A stretch of DNA of 64,000 bases from Squalus acanthias (GCA_030390025.1 CM059432.1:101806001-101870000), one strand, 5' to 3'. Numbered from the stretch's first letter, positions 50,269-64,000 are shown. A program made the numbers and translations. Notes: generated by a model not told the origin, from the letters alone.

Positions 50269-53251
50269 CTAAAATACTATTTAGAATATATATGAAAAGT
50301 TAAATAATTCACAAAATGTATTAAAACGTATCCATAGACTAGCCCAGCACCTGTTATAAATCTATCAAATAAGCTTGCACTAGAAGCAAACCCTCTCTTT
50401 GGGGCTGGGGTTTGAGAATGGGCTTTGTACAGTGGGCCTTGTCTTTAATATGTTTGGGGCTCTGCACATGTGCGAGCTTAGTCATCACTCCATCCTAACG
50501 ATGGGGGAGGGGGAAGAGAAGAGGGAGCCACACTCTGATCCAATGAAAGCCAAGCAAACAGCTGGTGAGAATCCCTGCAGAAGATGTCGAATAGTACCTC
50601 TGGGAATCAGATACAGGTTGAGAATCCCCAATTACTTAATGAAACCTATCTGGCTGCAAGAATGGGTTTTGCTAATTATTTTCCAATGCTCGATTGTAAA
50701 TCAATTGTGTATAGTACGGTGCAGAGAATAAAAACTGTAAATCTTTCATATCATAATTCTTTCCAAAGTTTACAAATCGATTGAATGTATTTTTCAACAC
50801 TGGTAGAGAAAAGACACAGTAAACCAGTATAAATATTATTAGATATGAATCAGCAATTGCCTTTTCAGTAGGAAAGCGAGCAATCAGCAGAATGGGCCAA
50901 ACCGCAATGTAGGAAGCTCCAGAAAATTCATCAATTGTTTGGTCCTCCGTGATATGAAAGGTCAAAATATTGTTACTCATGCAATCCAAATTTTATTTGT
51001 GATGATGTGTTTGATTCATTTCAACGTACAATATAGCCATAATCAATAGATCCGGCATGCAAAGTCCACATGCCAAAATGAATTATTGATCTGAAACATC
51101 AAAGTCTTTATTAAATAATAATTAATCCAGGGTGAGATGGGTTGGGAAGATCAGGTCACTTGAATTCATGTCTATTTTAGGAACAATTAACTATCGTAAT
51201 ACCTGCTGTTTATTCAGGGCATATATAATGAAACGTTTATACAACTCAGGAAAAAAAAACTACTTATGCTGTCATTCATATTCTTCATAAAAAATCTCCA
51301 TTTTCTTTTCTAACCATCAACAGAAAATTATGAACTGTTAATTTTCCCACTGCTGTCTCTCACATCATAACAGCTGTTTCTATTAATACATGCTGCTGCT
51401 GTTTTTCTGTGAGGAGTTCAGAATAGAAAAGCACCATCATAATGCATTTATAAAATTCTTGGCTTGTCTGAATGTAAAAGCTTTGCAAATTCAATCTAAT
51501 GTTTGTTTCAAAGTCTTTTAGAAACTCTCAAATCCTCACAAAATGAGAAGACACATACTTCTACCATCAATGTCTGTTGAAGCACAGATTGCATGCTGGA
51601 AGTTCTTTAAGCTTGTGGGGTACAAATATCCAGTCAAAGCACAGGCTTTTGAAACAGGCGAAGGCCTTCAAGTAAAAACTTTAATGAAGACATTAAATGA
51701 CACAAAAGACAATTATTGGACCCATTTAATCATGTTATTGTGAAACATGTAATTTTAATTTTTTTCTTTTTGTTTATATCCTTCCTTTAAAAAAACTTAA
51801 ATATTACAGTTATTGAGAAAAAAATGGTGGATGTAAAAACTCCACAGTGGCCAGAATGTGGACCTACAGTCACAGGCTGTAACACTAATGGGAAAATGTT
51901 ATTAAAAATGTGACAGGGCAGACATCACCAGATGTGGAATTACAGAAAAACCTATAGACACTACTGATATAAGAGTTTCGAATGGATAAATGACATGACA
52001 TACCGGGGATGAATTATCTGCCATAACTTTTGTGGAAGAGCCATGAGAACTTTAGCATAACAACGTAAACACTGTCTATGCCATTTTTACAGGTATACCG
52101 TGACTCTTCCACAAAGGTTGCAGAGAACAATCAGAAAAAATGCTATGGAAATTCCCTCCATCCTCCCACCACTTTTAATTTTCAATACTGCTTGTAATTA
52201 CCTGCAGTTATTTTATCCAGATCTTGCTTTATTTTATATGATGAAGGAAAGATGGGATAATATAGTCGTTTGCCAGATTTTTCTCCCCTTTGGACTATGA
52301 TAATCTCTTAATTGCTCTATATTTTGAGGATAGCAGTTTTGAACACTGCCTGATCATCAATGTATATCAAAGTAATTTTGCAGAAAATATCCTTTCTCCT
52401 TGTTTTTTCATATTCTACAGCAAATCTTTTGACAGCCATTAGTTATATCCTCTCGGATTACAATTATTCCCTCTTTCAAGCTATTTTACTTCAGCACTTA
52501 TTTATTTGGGGCCAACCGAAGATCAACCCAAATACACAGAAGGCGCTGGTTGCGTCACTTTGAAAAATCAATATGCACAGAGTTAGCTGTTTGGAGACAG
52601 TACACTGTAACTTTAAAAATACAATTCTACCCAAGTCCCACAATAATGGGGGATGTTTCTTTTTCCTTTACATTATGTCATGCTGATTATATCAGTTCAT
52701 CCAACCAAGCAGTCCTGTTGTCTGTTTTTTATGGGAGCCCTATTGGGTCCTTCGACATGCCAGGATTTCCGCAACTCTACAACATTTACATTGGGTGCAC
52801 AACCTGTTCCCTACCATTGCCTCATCCTCAGTCAGTTCTTAGAACTTCCATGTCATTGTTCACAAGTAGTCCAGGATATGAAGGGTAAAACAGCAAAACT
52901 TATTGAAGCAATATAACATAAAACTAATGGTTTTACAGACTCTACAATCTGAGGAGCACCTTTTGTTGCATGATACCTAGTTAATTAATAGCATGATCAG
53001 GGGATTGTTGCAAAGAACTCTTGCTGTGTACTAGCTACTGAAATATCACACATGCACCTTCCTCTCTTTACTGAAGGCAGATTAAAAACACTATCAAGAC
53101 AGACACAGCTTCAAACCAAGCAGTGATTTATTTTACAAGAAATATAGAAATTAACAGTATAAATCTTTCACAGTGTGAACAACCAATTCCCTGTACTCCT
53201 AGGTTATAGGGAAGGGAGAGAGAGAGACAGAGAGAGAAAGAGAGAAAGAAA

Positions 53252-54149
53252 GAGCTCTCTGCAAGAGCAATTCAGCATATCCCACTCCCCCACCCTTTCC
53301 TTGTAGCCCTGCAATTTATTTTTCCTTCAGGTACTTATCCAATTCCCTTTTGAAAGACATGATTGAGTCTGCCTCCACCACCCTTTCAGACAGTGCATTC
53401 CAGATCTTAACCACTCGCTGCATAAAAAAGTTTTTCCTCATGTCGCCTTTGGTTCTTCTGCCAATCATCTTAAATCTGTGTCCATGGTTCTCGACCCTTC
53501 CGCCAATGGGAACAGTTTCTCTCTATCTACTCTGTCTAGACCCCTCATGATTTTGAACACCTCTATTAAATCTCCTCTCAACCTTCTCTGCTCTAAGGAG
53601 AACAACCCCAGCTTCTCCAGTCTATCCATATAACTGAAGTCCCTCATCCCTGGCACCATTCTCGTAAATCTTTTCTGCACCCTCTCTAAGGCCTTCACAT
53701 CCTTTCTCAAGTGTGGTGCCCAGAATTGGACACAATACTCTAGTTGAGGCCGAACCAGTGTTTTATGAAAGGTTCATCATAACTTCCCTGCTTTTGTACT
53801 CTATGCCTCTATTTATGAAGCCCAGGATCCCGTATGCTTTTTTAACTGCTTTCTCAATCTGCCCTGCCGCCTTCAACGATTTGTGCACATGTACCCCCAG
53901 GGCTTTCTGTTCATGCACCCACTTTATGATTGTACCCTTTAGTTTATATTGGCTCTCCTCGTTCTTCCTACCAAAATGTATCACTTCGCACTTTACTGTG
54001 TTAAATTTCATCTGCCACGTGTCCGCCCATTTCAGCAGCCTGTATGTCTTCTTGAAGTCTATCACTATCCTCCTTACTGTTGACTATAATTGCAAGTTTT
54101 GTGTCATCTGCAAATTTTGAAATTGTGCCCTGCACACCCAAGTCCAAGT
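53252..54149 (-). mobile_element. CR1 3' fragment
   Basis: WADTWQMKFN and RLRGDLIEVFK. Closely similar to 58826-59780. Confidence 0.9.
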
Positions 54150-54151
54150 CC

Positions 54152-54196
54152 CAGAAAGAAAGAAAGATAGATAGATAAATAGATAGATAGATAGAT
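54152..54196. repeat. (GAAA)n/(GATA)n microsatellite
   Basis: Visible directly in the sequence. Confidence 0.85.
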
Positions 54197-55179
54197 TTTT
54201 CTTCTCTTTTTCAGCTGCTGGGAACTTAAGTTCACTTGCATAATTAGGTCATTGAAGACCAAAAAAGATAGTGACAACAAGAAAGGCTGATCCTAAATTA
54301 AGGAGAAGTTCACCCAGGAACAACATTGCCCACCCTAAAGTATTCATACCAAAAGGGAAGTTGCTAGTCATGATGCTCCAGCCATCCTGAATGTGGGGCA
54401 GGCATGATGGACCAGCTGGTCTTTTCCTGCCCGTCATTTTCATATGATCGTATTTAGTATCTGGAGCGCTGTACTGGTACTCCAGTCTCATTCAGAGGAG
54501 GCTCCCTAAAATAAATAAACACTGGGGCCTCAAAGAGCCTGCACACATGTTGAGCACAGGTCCCCAGCAGACAACATGCTGGCTAGTCGTATGGGGTGCT
54601 CTGAATGCATCAGGCACCTGACAACACCTTATCAGCTCCCTTTAGTTATCATTTATGATCTGGTAGTTGCAAGATGGAACGTCTATAGGTATCAATGCTT
54701 ACTTTAAACCACAGGTTTTTTTGAAATTCCGACATCATGAAAGGCTCTCACTTATTTTCCATTTCTTTCACCATGCAGAACTTCACAGCTTTCTCAGCTT
54801 TTTCTTCGATGTAAGAGAAGCATACTTTTTCATGTCGTAACAGTTTCATCTTCATGATTGCTTGGTGACCACCATATGCAAAGCACACTGTATGCTCCTG
54901 CAACATTCAGATAGCAGGATTCTGTTTCTTTTGGGAACTCTCTTCAATTTATATTTCTTCCTTTATGCTCCACAGTGCTTTGTGTGTTTCTTTTATCTTG
55001 TACCACTTAGACTATACAACAACACTGCATTGAAGCACTGTCTTTGATTCTTGTCAGATTCCATCAAGTATGCACCGTTACCGAGTCATAACTGTGTAGT
55101 AGAGGCGAGAAACACTTGAAGCAGGTCTCTTAATGGAGTTTATGTTTGGGTGCGTGACTTTCTCGATTTTCATTTACTT

Positions 55180-56545
55180 AGGATATACAGCACAGAAACA
55201 GGCCATTCGGCCCAACCAGTCCATGCTGGCATTTGTGCTCCACTCGAGCCTCCTCCCATCTTTCCTCATCTAAATCTATCAGCATAACCCTCTATTCCCT
55301 TCTCCCTCATATGCTTGTCTAGCCTCCCCTTAAATGCATCTATACTTTTCGCTTCAACCACTCCCTGTGGTAGCGAGTTCTACATTCTCACCACGCTTTG
55401 GGTAAAGAAGTTTCTTCTGAATTCCCTATTGGATTTCTTGGTGACGATCTTATATTGATGGCCTCTAGTTATGCTCTTCCCCACAAGTGGAAACATTCTC
55501 TCTGTATCTACTCTATCAAAACCTTTCATAATTTTAAAGACCTCTATTAGGTCACCCCTCAGCTTTTTTTTCTCTTGAAGAAAGGATACCCAGCCTGTTC
55601 AGCCTTTCCTGATATGTATACCCTCGCATTTCTGGTATCATCCTTGTAAATCTTCTCTGCACCCTCTCCAGTGCCTCTATATCCTTTTTATAATATGGCG
55701 ACCAGAACTGTATGCAGTGTGGTCTAACCAAGGTTCGATACAGGTTTAGCATAACTTCCCTACTTTTCAATTCTATCCCTCTAGAAAAAAAACCGAGTGT
55801 TTGGTTTGCTTTTTTTATGGCCTTGTTAACCTGTGTCGCAACTTTTAGTGATTTGTGTATTTGTACTCTGAGATCCCTTTGTCCCTCTACCCCACCTAGA
55901 CTCGCACCCTCCAAGTAATAAATGACCTCCCTATTCTTCCTACCAAAATGTAATACCTCACATTTATCTGTGTTAAACTTCATTTGCCAATTATATGCCC
56001 ATTCTGCAAGTTTATTAATATCCTCCTGTAATTTGTTTCAGTCCTCCTCAGTATTGACTGTTCCCCCCACCCCGCCCCCCCCCAATTTGGTGTCATCCGC
56101 AAATTTAGAAATTGTGTTTTTGATTCCAAAGTCTAAATCGTTAATATAAATTGTGAATAACAGTGGTCCCAGCACTGATCCTTGTGGAACACCACTACCC
56201 ACCTTCTGCCATTATGAATAGCTACCCTTTACCTCCACTCTCTGCTTTGTCTTGAAGCCAGCTAACTATCCATCCTGCTACTTGTCCCCTGACTCCGCAT
56301 TCTCTGACCTTGTTCATCAGTCTATTATGGGGTACCTTATCGAAGGTCTTTTGAAAATCCAGATAAATTACATCGACTGCATTACCATTGTCTACTCTCT
56401 CTGTTACCTCTTCAAAAAATTCAATGAAGTTGGTCAAACAAGACTTTCCCTTTTGAAATGCATGCTAACTATTCATTACTATGTTTTTGGTTTCTAGATG
56501 TTCTTCTATTTTCTCTTTTAGTAGGGATTCCATTATTTTCCCTAG
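55180..56545 (-). mobile_element. CR1 3' portion
   Basis: YLDFQKTFDKVPH and MKFNTDKCEVLHFG motifs, plus the CR1 3' UTR. Confidence 0.9.
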
Positions 56546-56654
56546 CAGATTACATTCTAGGATTGCAATTTCAACGCTGGATCCAAAGCAAACAATTGCT
56601 ATCCATGTTCCAACGTGCTGTGGTCTTGATCATGCTGACATATGCAGAAATAAT

Positions 56655-57420
56655 GGCCTTGAAATTCGGGTGGCCGGCTTGCCGCGGGGGTAAGGATCGC
56701 ACGCGCTCTTACCCACCGCGCCTGCCGTTGTGTTTCGGGCCCACAGGACCTTCGGGTCCCGGGCCTCTCCCAAGAGCCGGCGCGCAGTGTGTGCGTGTTC
56801 CAGGGGCACAGTTAGTGCGATGCGACCCCTGGGATCACGTGGGCCATGGAGAGCCAATGGCAGCAGACCATCTTTCATTCATAGATTTGACAGGAGACCT
56901 GTCAAATCTGTGAATTGAAATCGGCCCCAAAAGAACAGCTAAACCTCAAATAAATTTTTTTTTAAAAACCCTCACATTAATAAAATAACTATAGTTAAAT
57001 AAATTAAACACTTTAAACAAAAATTTAAATTTTTGAAAAAATTAAAATACTTTTTAAAAGTTATAAAAATAAACTTACCTTTCTTTAAAGTATCTAAAAA
57101 AGATAAAACTGTTGAAAAAAAATTAAAATTATACTTAATTAACTACTTACCTTGTTCAAAAGGGGTCTTACGCCTCCTTTTTACTAGCGTAGAATCTTCA
57201 ATACTTACCCTCGCGTTGAAACCTGAAAAAAAACCTAAGTGTGCTGCGTGCGCGCAGCCTCTAGCGCGCACGCGGTTCACCTAGGAACCGCCCCCTTCGA
57301 CATACCGGAAGTGCCGGTTTCCCGCGCATGCGCAGTGCATGCAGGAAACCGGCACTTCAGGAATCAATACGGGTGAGTACACAGTCCGTACTCACCTGAG
57401 AACGGCCGAATTTTTGGGCC
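56655..57420 (-). mobile_element. MITE family A, copy 3 (inverted)
   Basis: Termini GGCCTTGAAATTCGG / CCGAATTTTTGGGCC, with AAT on both flanks. Reverse-complement homology to 1599-2362. Confidence 0.9.
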
Positions 57421-57774
57421 AATACGTTCTCTACACTGCTGTAGGTGTACTTCATTCAGTCTGGCTATATTGCTGTTGTGTAGAAGATAGCAAATGCTGA
57501 GCGTAACTGAATGTTCTTTCACTCCCAGCCTCATCAATCTCAGCTATCATTGCTCCAAGATGAACAGGTCTCATATCCACAAGGAATATCATGAGAAAGT
57601 GAATTTTTCAACTCCTGTAAAGTTTTATCATATTTGCTTTCCCATCTATGTCCACATCTATTAGTGTTCCAGGTTTGTCGTAAGGCTGGGGATAGAATTA
57701 TGCATGACGATCCCCAATAGGCTTTTTTACTCAATAGCATTTTGTGGTGGAAAAGAGAAGACTAAATGGAGACC

Positions 57775-58248
57775 TGTTAGAGGCCTTTAAAATTATGAAG
57801 GTGTTCTACAAGGTGGATATTTCCACTTGTGGGTGACTCCAATACAAGGAGCCATGAATACAAGATAGTCATCAACAGTTCAAATAAAGAACTTAGGAGG
57901 AATTTCCTTACACAGAAAGTGGAGAGAATGGGAAACTCACTGCCACACGGAGTGGTTGAAGCAGAGAGAACTGATGCACTTTTTTTTATTCGTTCATGGG
58001 ATGTGGGCATCGCTGGCAAGGCCAGCATTTGTTGCCCATCCCTAATTGCCCTTGAGTAGGTGGTGGTGAGCTGCCTTCCTGAACCGCTGCAGTCCGTGTG
58101 GTGAAGGTACTCCCACAGTGTTGTTAGGGAGGGAGTTCCAGGATTTTGACCCAGCGACGATGAAGGATCGGCGACATACTTCCAAGTCGGGATGATGTGT
58201 GACTTGGAGGGGAACTTGGAGGTGGTGGTGTTCCCATGTGCCTGCTGC
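57775..58248. mobile_element. CR1 fragment (+, 57775-57980) abutting the 3' end of the 47904-family LINE (-, 57981-58248)
   Basis: NFLTQKVERMGNSLP. Reverse-complement match to 50000-50265. Confidence 0.8.
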
Positions 58249-58828
58249 AGATCACGACGTCATCAAGTGCGCAGCGCCCGGATGTGAAATTGGCTTCCAC
58301 CCCCTGCTGTATCGCCGGCCGTGAACAATAGCAGGAAGAGGAGTTGTTGCCAACTCGGACAGCCGCTTGGGGAGCGCTATTTAAAGGGAAGAGTTTTCAG
58401 GTAGGCCAACCTTTAATATTTCCACCAGTCTGCTTCCTGCTGAAAGTTTTTGGTCGCTTCATTGCTACAAGATGTCCAAGCCCTCCACTTTCTAGAATGT
58501 TTGGGGCTGTAATGGCAGTCGCACAGGTTGCCTTACAACGCAGACCTGCCGACAAGTGGGTTGTGAAGCATCACTGGCCTTTCCCTTTAAGCGAGGGAAG
58601 CAGCCTCTGATGCCGTTTGCGATGCGCTCCAAATTGTTCAGCGCTCTGCCACTACCACCCTGCTTCCGGACATTAGCACCCTAGCAGAAGTGGTTATCGC
58701 TTGATTTAGTGCACCACTTCCTTCTTGGAGCGCTAAAGCGGAATTTCCCGTCAGGAGAGAATCATTAGCACCTGGTGCTACTTTTCAAAAGTTAGTGCCC
58801 CAACCAAGGCGATACTCAATTTCTAGCC
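58249..58828. mobile_element. Truncated non-autonomous Harbinger fragment
   Basis: GCGCTATTTAAAGGG, TTAGCACC repeats and a terminal CAATTTCTAGCC, similar to the 39037 and 35486 elements. Confidence 0.6.
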
Positions 58829-60980
58829 ATAGAATCATAGAATGGTTACAGCACGGTAGAAGGCCATTTGGCCCGTCATGCTCGTGCCGGCTCTCTGCAA
58901 GAGCACTTCAGCTAGTCCCACTCCCCTGCCCTTTCTCCGTAGCCCTGCAAATTTTTTTCCTTCAGGTACTTCAACTCCCTTTTGAAAGCCGTGAATGAGT
59001 TTGCCTCCACCACCCTTTCAGGCAGTGCATTCCAGATCATAACCACTCGCTGTGTAAAAAAGTTTTTCCTCATGTCGCCTTTGGTTCTTCTGCCAATCTC
59101 CTTAAATCTGTGTCTTCTGGTTCTCAACCCTTCTGCCAATGGGAACAGTTTCTCTCTATCTACTCTGTCTAGGCCCCTCATGATTTTGAACACCTCTATC
59201 AAATCTCCTCTCAATCTTCTCTGCTCTAAGGAGAACAACCCCAGCTTCTCCAGTCTATCCACGTAACTGAAGTCCCTCATCCCCGGAATCATTCTCGTAA
59301 ATCTTTTCTGCACCCTCTCCAAGGCCTTCACATCCTTCCTAAAGTATGGTGCCCAGAATTGGACACAATACTCTAGTTGAGGCTGAACCAGTGTTTTATA
59401 AAGGTTCATCATAATTTCCATGCTTTTGTACTCTATACCTCTATTCATGAAGCCCAGGATCCCGTAAGCTTTTCTAGCTGCTTTCTCAATCTGCCCTGCC
59501 ACCTTCAACGATTTGTGCACAAGTACCTGAAGGAAAAAAAATGCACCCCGTTCAGGATTGTACCCTTTAGTTTATATTTCCTCTCTTCATTCTTTCTACC
59601 AAAATGTATCACTTCGCACTTGTCTGTGTTAAATTTCATTTGCCACGTGTCTGCGTGTTCTACCAGCCTGTCTATGCCTTCTTGAAGTCTATCACTATCC
59701 TCCTCACTGTTCACTCTACTTCCAAGTTTTGTGTCATCTGCAAATTTTGAAATTGTGCCCTGTACACCCACATCCAAGTCATTAATATATATCAAGAAAA
59801 GCAGTGGTCCTAGAACCGACCCCTGGGGAACACCACTTATTCCTGTCCGAAAAACAACCGTTCACCACTACTCTCTGTTTCCTGTCACTTAGCCAATTTT
59901 GTTTCCATGCTGCCACTGTCCCTTTTATTCCATGGGCTACAACTTTGCTGGCAAGCCTATTATGTGACACTTTGCCAAATGCCTTTTGGAAATCCATGTG
60001 CACCATGTCTACCACGTTGCCCTCATCAACCCTTTCTGTTACCTCATCAAAAAACTCAATCAAGTTGGTTAAACACGATTTGCCTTTAACAAATCCGTGC
60101 TGGTTTTCCTGAATTAATCCATACTTGTCCAAGTGACTGTTAATTTTGACCCTGATTATTGTTTCTAAAAGTTTCCCCATTACCGAGGTTAAACTCACTG
60201 GCCTGTAGTTGCTGGGTTTATCTTTACACCCTTTTTTGAACACGGGTGTAACATTTGCAATTCTCTAGTCCTCTGGCACCACCCCCGTTTCTAAGGAGGA
60301 TTGGAAGATTATGGCCAGTACCTCCGCAATTTCTTCCTCGGACGCTGAGGGAAGTGAAGGATGCATCCCATCTGGTCCTGGTTATTAATCTACTTCTCTT
60401 ATGAAGAAAGGTTGAGCCTATACTCATTGGCGTTTAGAAGAATGAGAGGTGATCTAATTGAAACATATAAGATTCTGAGGGGGCTTGACAGGGTAGATGC
60501 AGGGAGGATGTTTCCCCTCGTGGGCGAATCTAGAACTCGGGGGCATAGTTTCAGAATAAGGGGTCGCCCATTTAAAACGGAGATGAGAAGGAATTTCTTC
60601 TCTCAGAGGGTCGTGAATCTTTGGAATTCTCTACCCAAGAGAGCTGTGGAGGCAGAGTCATTGAATATATTCAAGGCGGAGATAGACAGATATTTGAGCT
60701 ACAGGGGAGTCAAGGGTTATGGAGAGCGGGCGGGAAAGTGGAGTTGAGGCCAAGATCAGATCAGCCATGATCTTATTGAATGGCGGAGCAGGCTCGAGGG
60801 GCCAAATGGCCTACTCCTGCTCCTATTTCTTATGTTCTTATGTTCTTATTAAGTACAGCCTTCCTTTCTAGTACCCCCTCTTTATCAATTTTTATCCCAT
60901 CTCCTCGACCTCCTCCTTCACTATGTCTATGGCAGCATCTTCTTCCTTGGTAAAAACAGATGCAAAGTACTCATTTAGCA
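58829..60980 (-). mobile_element. CR1 LINE (-), interrupted by a + strand CR1 3' fragment at ~60397-60848
   Basis: ORFs 59782-60243, 59505-59795 and 58912-59520. The inner element ends in (TTCTTATG)n. The host resumes with LNEYFASVFTKE. Confidence 0.9.
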
Positions 60981-61961
60981 CCCAAATAAGGAGTGTGAGA
61001 CTAGCAAGATAGAGATAGGGACTAATCTTTAGCATGCTCACTACCAGAAGGTTCCTCAGCAGTCTATATTTTGCATACAATATTCATTAATATGCATTGA
61101 ACAAAACAACCATTTTTTGCCTGCAGAAGCAGAAAGGACAATAAATCACTGTTTCATTTATAAAATCCCAGGATGCATCAAATTAAATAGAAAACCCTGA
61201 AAGTTACAACATGTGTCCCTATCGGTATACAGTGGTATGGCACCAAGGGCCCATCATTTAGACAAAGCAAGAACCAAAATCTTTTTATATATTAAGCTAT
61301 CTATTTCATCTTCCCACACACGTATAATCTTCATTAATTATAAAGTGCTTTGTATTTTTTGTGTTCTGATTCTATCCAGCACAGCAGAAAAGTACAGAAA
61401 GTTACTTTTGCAGGAGATAAATGATTACAAATTTTAAAATCATTCTACTTGAACAGAATGTGCAATTTTTAAAGTAAATGTGTTAAATGTGAATGTGTAA
61501 ATAGGAGAGACTTCAGACATTTAAAAAATATTCTTGCAAAATTCGACCCAGGCCTGATAAAGCTTTTCAAAGAATCAGGTCACAGCAGGTGCTGGGAACC
61601 TCAGAGAAGGGCAATTCAACAGGAAAAGTGGCAGAGCCAGAATCAAGGCAACACCGTTTGTGGGCAGGTAGGGGCTGGCTGCTCTAAATATTCAAAGAAT
61701 TAGACTGGGACAGGAAACCTTGAGGCATGGTGCTTGACACAGCAAAGCACCAGAGGAAGATTCAGAGTCAGCAATCAGAACTTGTAGGGAGCAGGGAGGC
61801 AAGGCGGACAGATGGCTGGCCATCCGATAGCCAAGGCCCGAAGTACTCCAGGGATTGGGGTGGAAGATGGTTGGAAACATTTGTAAAGCTATCCAGGAAG
61901 GAAGGTGGCCAGTGACAATTTAGTGGGAAAACAATTTAAAAAATATAAATAAATACTTATT

Positions 61962-63087
61962 GGCCTGGAATTTGCGGTTCGGGATGATGGCGAACGCTGC
62001 CAGTTTGTAGTCATTCCGTCTTTGAAACCGATTTCACACCCCAGCCACCAGCTCCTCAAGGTCGTCCTACAAGGCCTTCTGCAGTGTCCCCCACTGAAAG
62101 TCAGCAGCCTTCCACCAGCCATGCTGCAGTCACTGGGGTAACACTGCGTAAGAGCACTAGATTAGGCAAAGGCAGACGCAAGACAGTCACTAAGGGAATA
62201 CACAAGGGTGAGTAGTTGATTTTTTGATGTAATATTGGATGCATATATGGATAAGGTTGGATTGAAAAGTTTGCTTTGTGGTGGCTTTTATTTCAGCATT
62301 GTGGCCAAGAGGACACTGTGATAATCAATAACAGAGTGAAGGTAAGGTGTGGGACAAATATTGAAAGGAAAATTGGGGTTGTGGTCACTGGTACTGCAGG
62401 TGGTTGATTCGACCCCGGATATCCTGGCCAGAAAGGGACTGTTTGGGTTGCCTTCCTACTTCCTCCTCTTCTGCTTCCACCTCCCTCTACAAGCAGCTTG
62501 TCCCCTTTGCTGCCTCTGCTCCATCTCCATGTCATGCTGCAGCCCAAGGGGGACTGCAACTAGAGCCTCCAGGACTAGGAGCAAGTGGTGCTCTCAGAGC
62601 CCTTCCTTTAAGAGCCAAAGCCTTGCAAATGTCCAGCAGCACTCCCTGCACTCCCTGCACACTTTAACAACTTTTTAAATGTCTTACACCAAACCATTGC
62701 TCAAATAAAATGTAAAGAAACCAGTACAAAAGCAAAAATCTAAACTTATCTGAAAGTTGCGTGTGTCCCTTTAAGAAGCACTGGTAGGGGGTACATCGTA
62801 CAGCTAAACACACGTTCTGCTGTGCGTGCTTTGGAGAGGGCTTTAAAAGGAGTGACGACATCCAAAATAGCAGGTCGTGCGTCAATTCAGCATTGTACGC
62901 TGATTGACGTCACGATCTGACTAATTTCCATATCTGCAGCGAGCACAAGCAACGGCAGCGCTGCTGACCTGCCCAAAATGGCGGCCGCCGGGTTCCGCGC
63001 CAGAAGTGGGCAGAAGCAAGGTGGCTGCCATTTTTTCCACTGAAACCGGCCTTGTCAGCCGGTGCCAACAGGCCACATTTCACGGCC
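61962..63087 (+). mobile_element. Harbinger deletion derivative
   Basis: Termini GGCCTGGAATTTG / CATTTCACGGCC. 62100-62215 matches the Myb gene 3' end at 37555-37666. An acidic transposase-tail remnant follows. Confidence 0.7.
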
Positions 63088-63266
63088 GAAGTATTTCAGT
63101 GTCATCGAGATGTCACATTAACGAAAAATATCTAATTAAAAATGTGACAAGACCAGCATCACCAGATGTAGCATAGGCGTGAAGACAATTAACATTAAAA
63201 ATCCCATAGGGACTGCTGACATTAGATGTTTTAATGCAAAGATGACAAGATATATCAATTTTAGTA

Positions 63267-63322
63267 ATATATATATATATATATATAAATATATATATAT
63301 ATGCACAAATATAAATATACAT
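63267..63322. repeat. (TA)n microsatellite
   Basis: Visible directly in the sequence. Confidence 0.9.
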
Positions 63323-64000
63323 ATGTTGTTAAAGGAAAATATATTTAATGTTTCATAAGCAAAACTGCTTTCCTGCACATCATTTATGGCATCACTTACG
63401 CTCTGCAACAGCAATCCTTGTACTATCAATAGGTTCAGGAAAGACCCAGCATGTGTCTTTACAGTGGGTACTTCACTTTTTGTTCCCTGATTTTATTATT
63501 GCTAAGAACTTGCCAAGCACTGACAGAACCATATGGAAAGAGTTTCCCTGAACTGTTCCTGTGGTCTCAGCTTTGAACTAGCATTCCGCTCGGCTTTCCT
63601 TGAGGAATGCACTCCCATCAATATTAGTCAGGCACCCTGAAATCACTACTTTCACTGTAACTTGCAAGAATAAGCACAATTGTCTCATCTTTACTTGACC
63701 CAAAGTTCACCCTTTTTCCAATTTGCTCTATTTTATTAAAAAAAAGATGAGGTACTTCTCTTCTTTTGAACTCTTAGTTTTTTTCTTGTGATACATTTTG
63801 ATTTGACAAGTTTTGTCTTTTTGTTCACTGCCCTGTGTCTGTGTTTTCATTTCAGTACTTTGGGTCCTTTTCATACTTTGTGTTTACAAGCACAGCATGA
63901 AAATTGATTCATTTTCCCACAGAATCAACTTGATTTCCTTTTGTTGGATTTTTACCCTCCTGTGTCTTTGTACAATCACAGAAGTAACACTTCTTGCCTG

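Noticed and set aside
50672..50989. 105-aa hydrophobic ORF
   Set aside because: No recognisable motif or splice support; consistent with a chance ORF or UTR sequence.
63111..63250. H/ACA or C/D snoRNA pair (with 51878-51998)
   Set aside because: An ACA near the minus-strand end is present, but I could not find two long hairpins, an H box or terminal C/D boxes. Kept only as an unexplained repeat.

Overview
Eukaryotic, repeat-dense, apparently intronic or intergenic DNA. The repeat content (V-SINE/HE1-like and Deu-domain SINEs, many CR1 LINEs with (TTCTATG)n-type tails) points to a cartilaginous fish such as a shark; this is an inference. No host protein-coding gene can be identified with confidence. 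The main feature is an apparently intact, autonomous PIF/Harbinger DNA transposon (18765-22929, TTA target-site duplication). It carries a three-exon Myb/SANT-like gene and a convergent DDE transposase, and it is nested inside a MITE. Around it lie deletion derivatives and about ten GG...CC-ended MITEs with many internal hairpins and a conserved 14-nt splice cassette. Other notable items: two copies of a ~130-bp Penelope-type element with a minimal hammerhead ribozyme; a LINE with a tRNA-like 5' head and no ORF1, plus its bipartite SINE; a SINE-LINE chimera; two small template-switch-like inversions; and a candidate TAL1/GATA/RUNX enhancer. All calls are from reading the sequence, without database searches.
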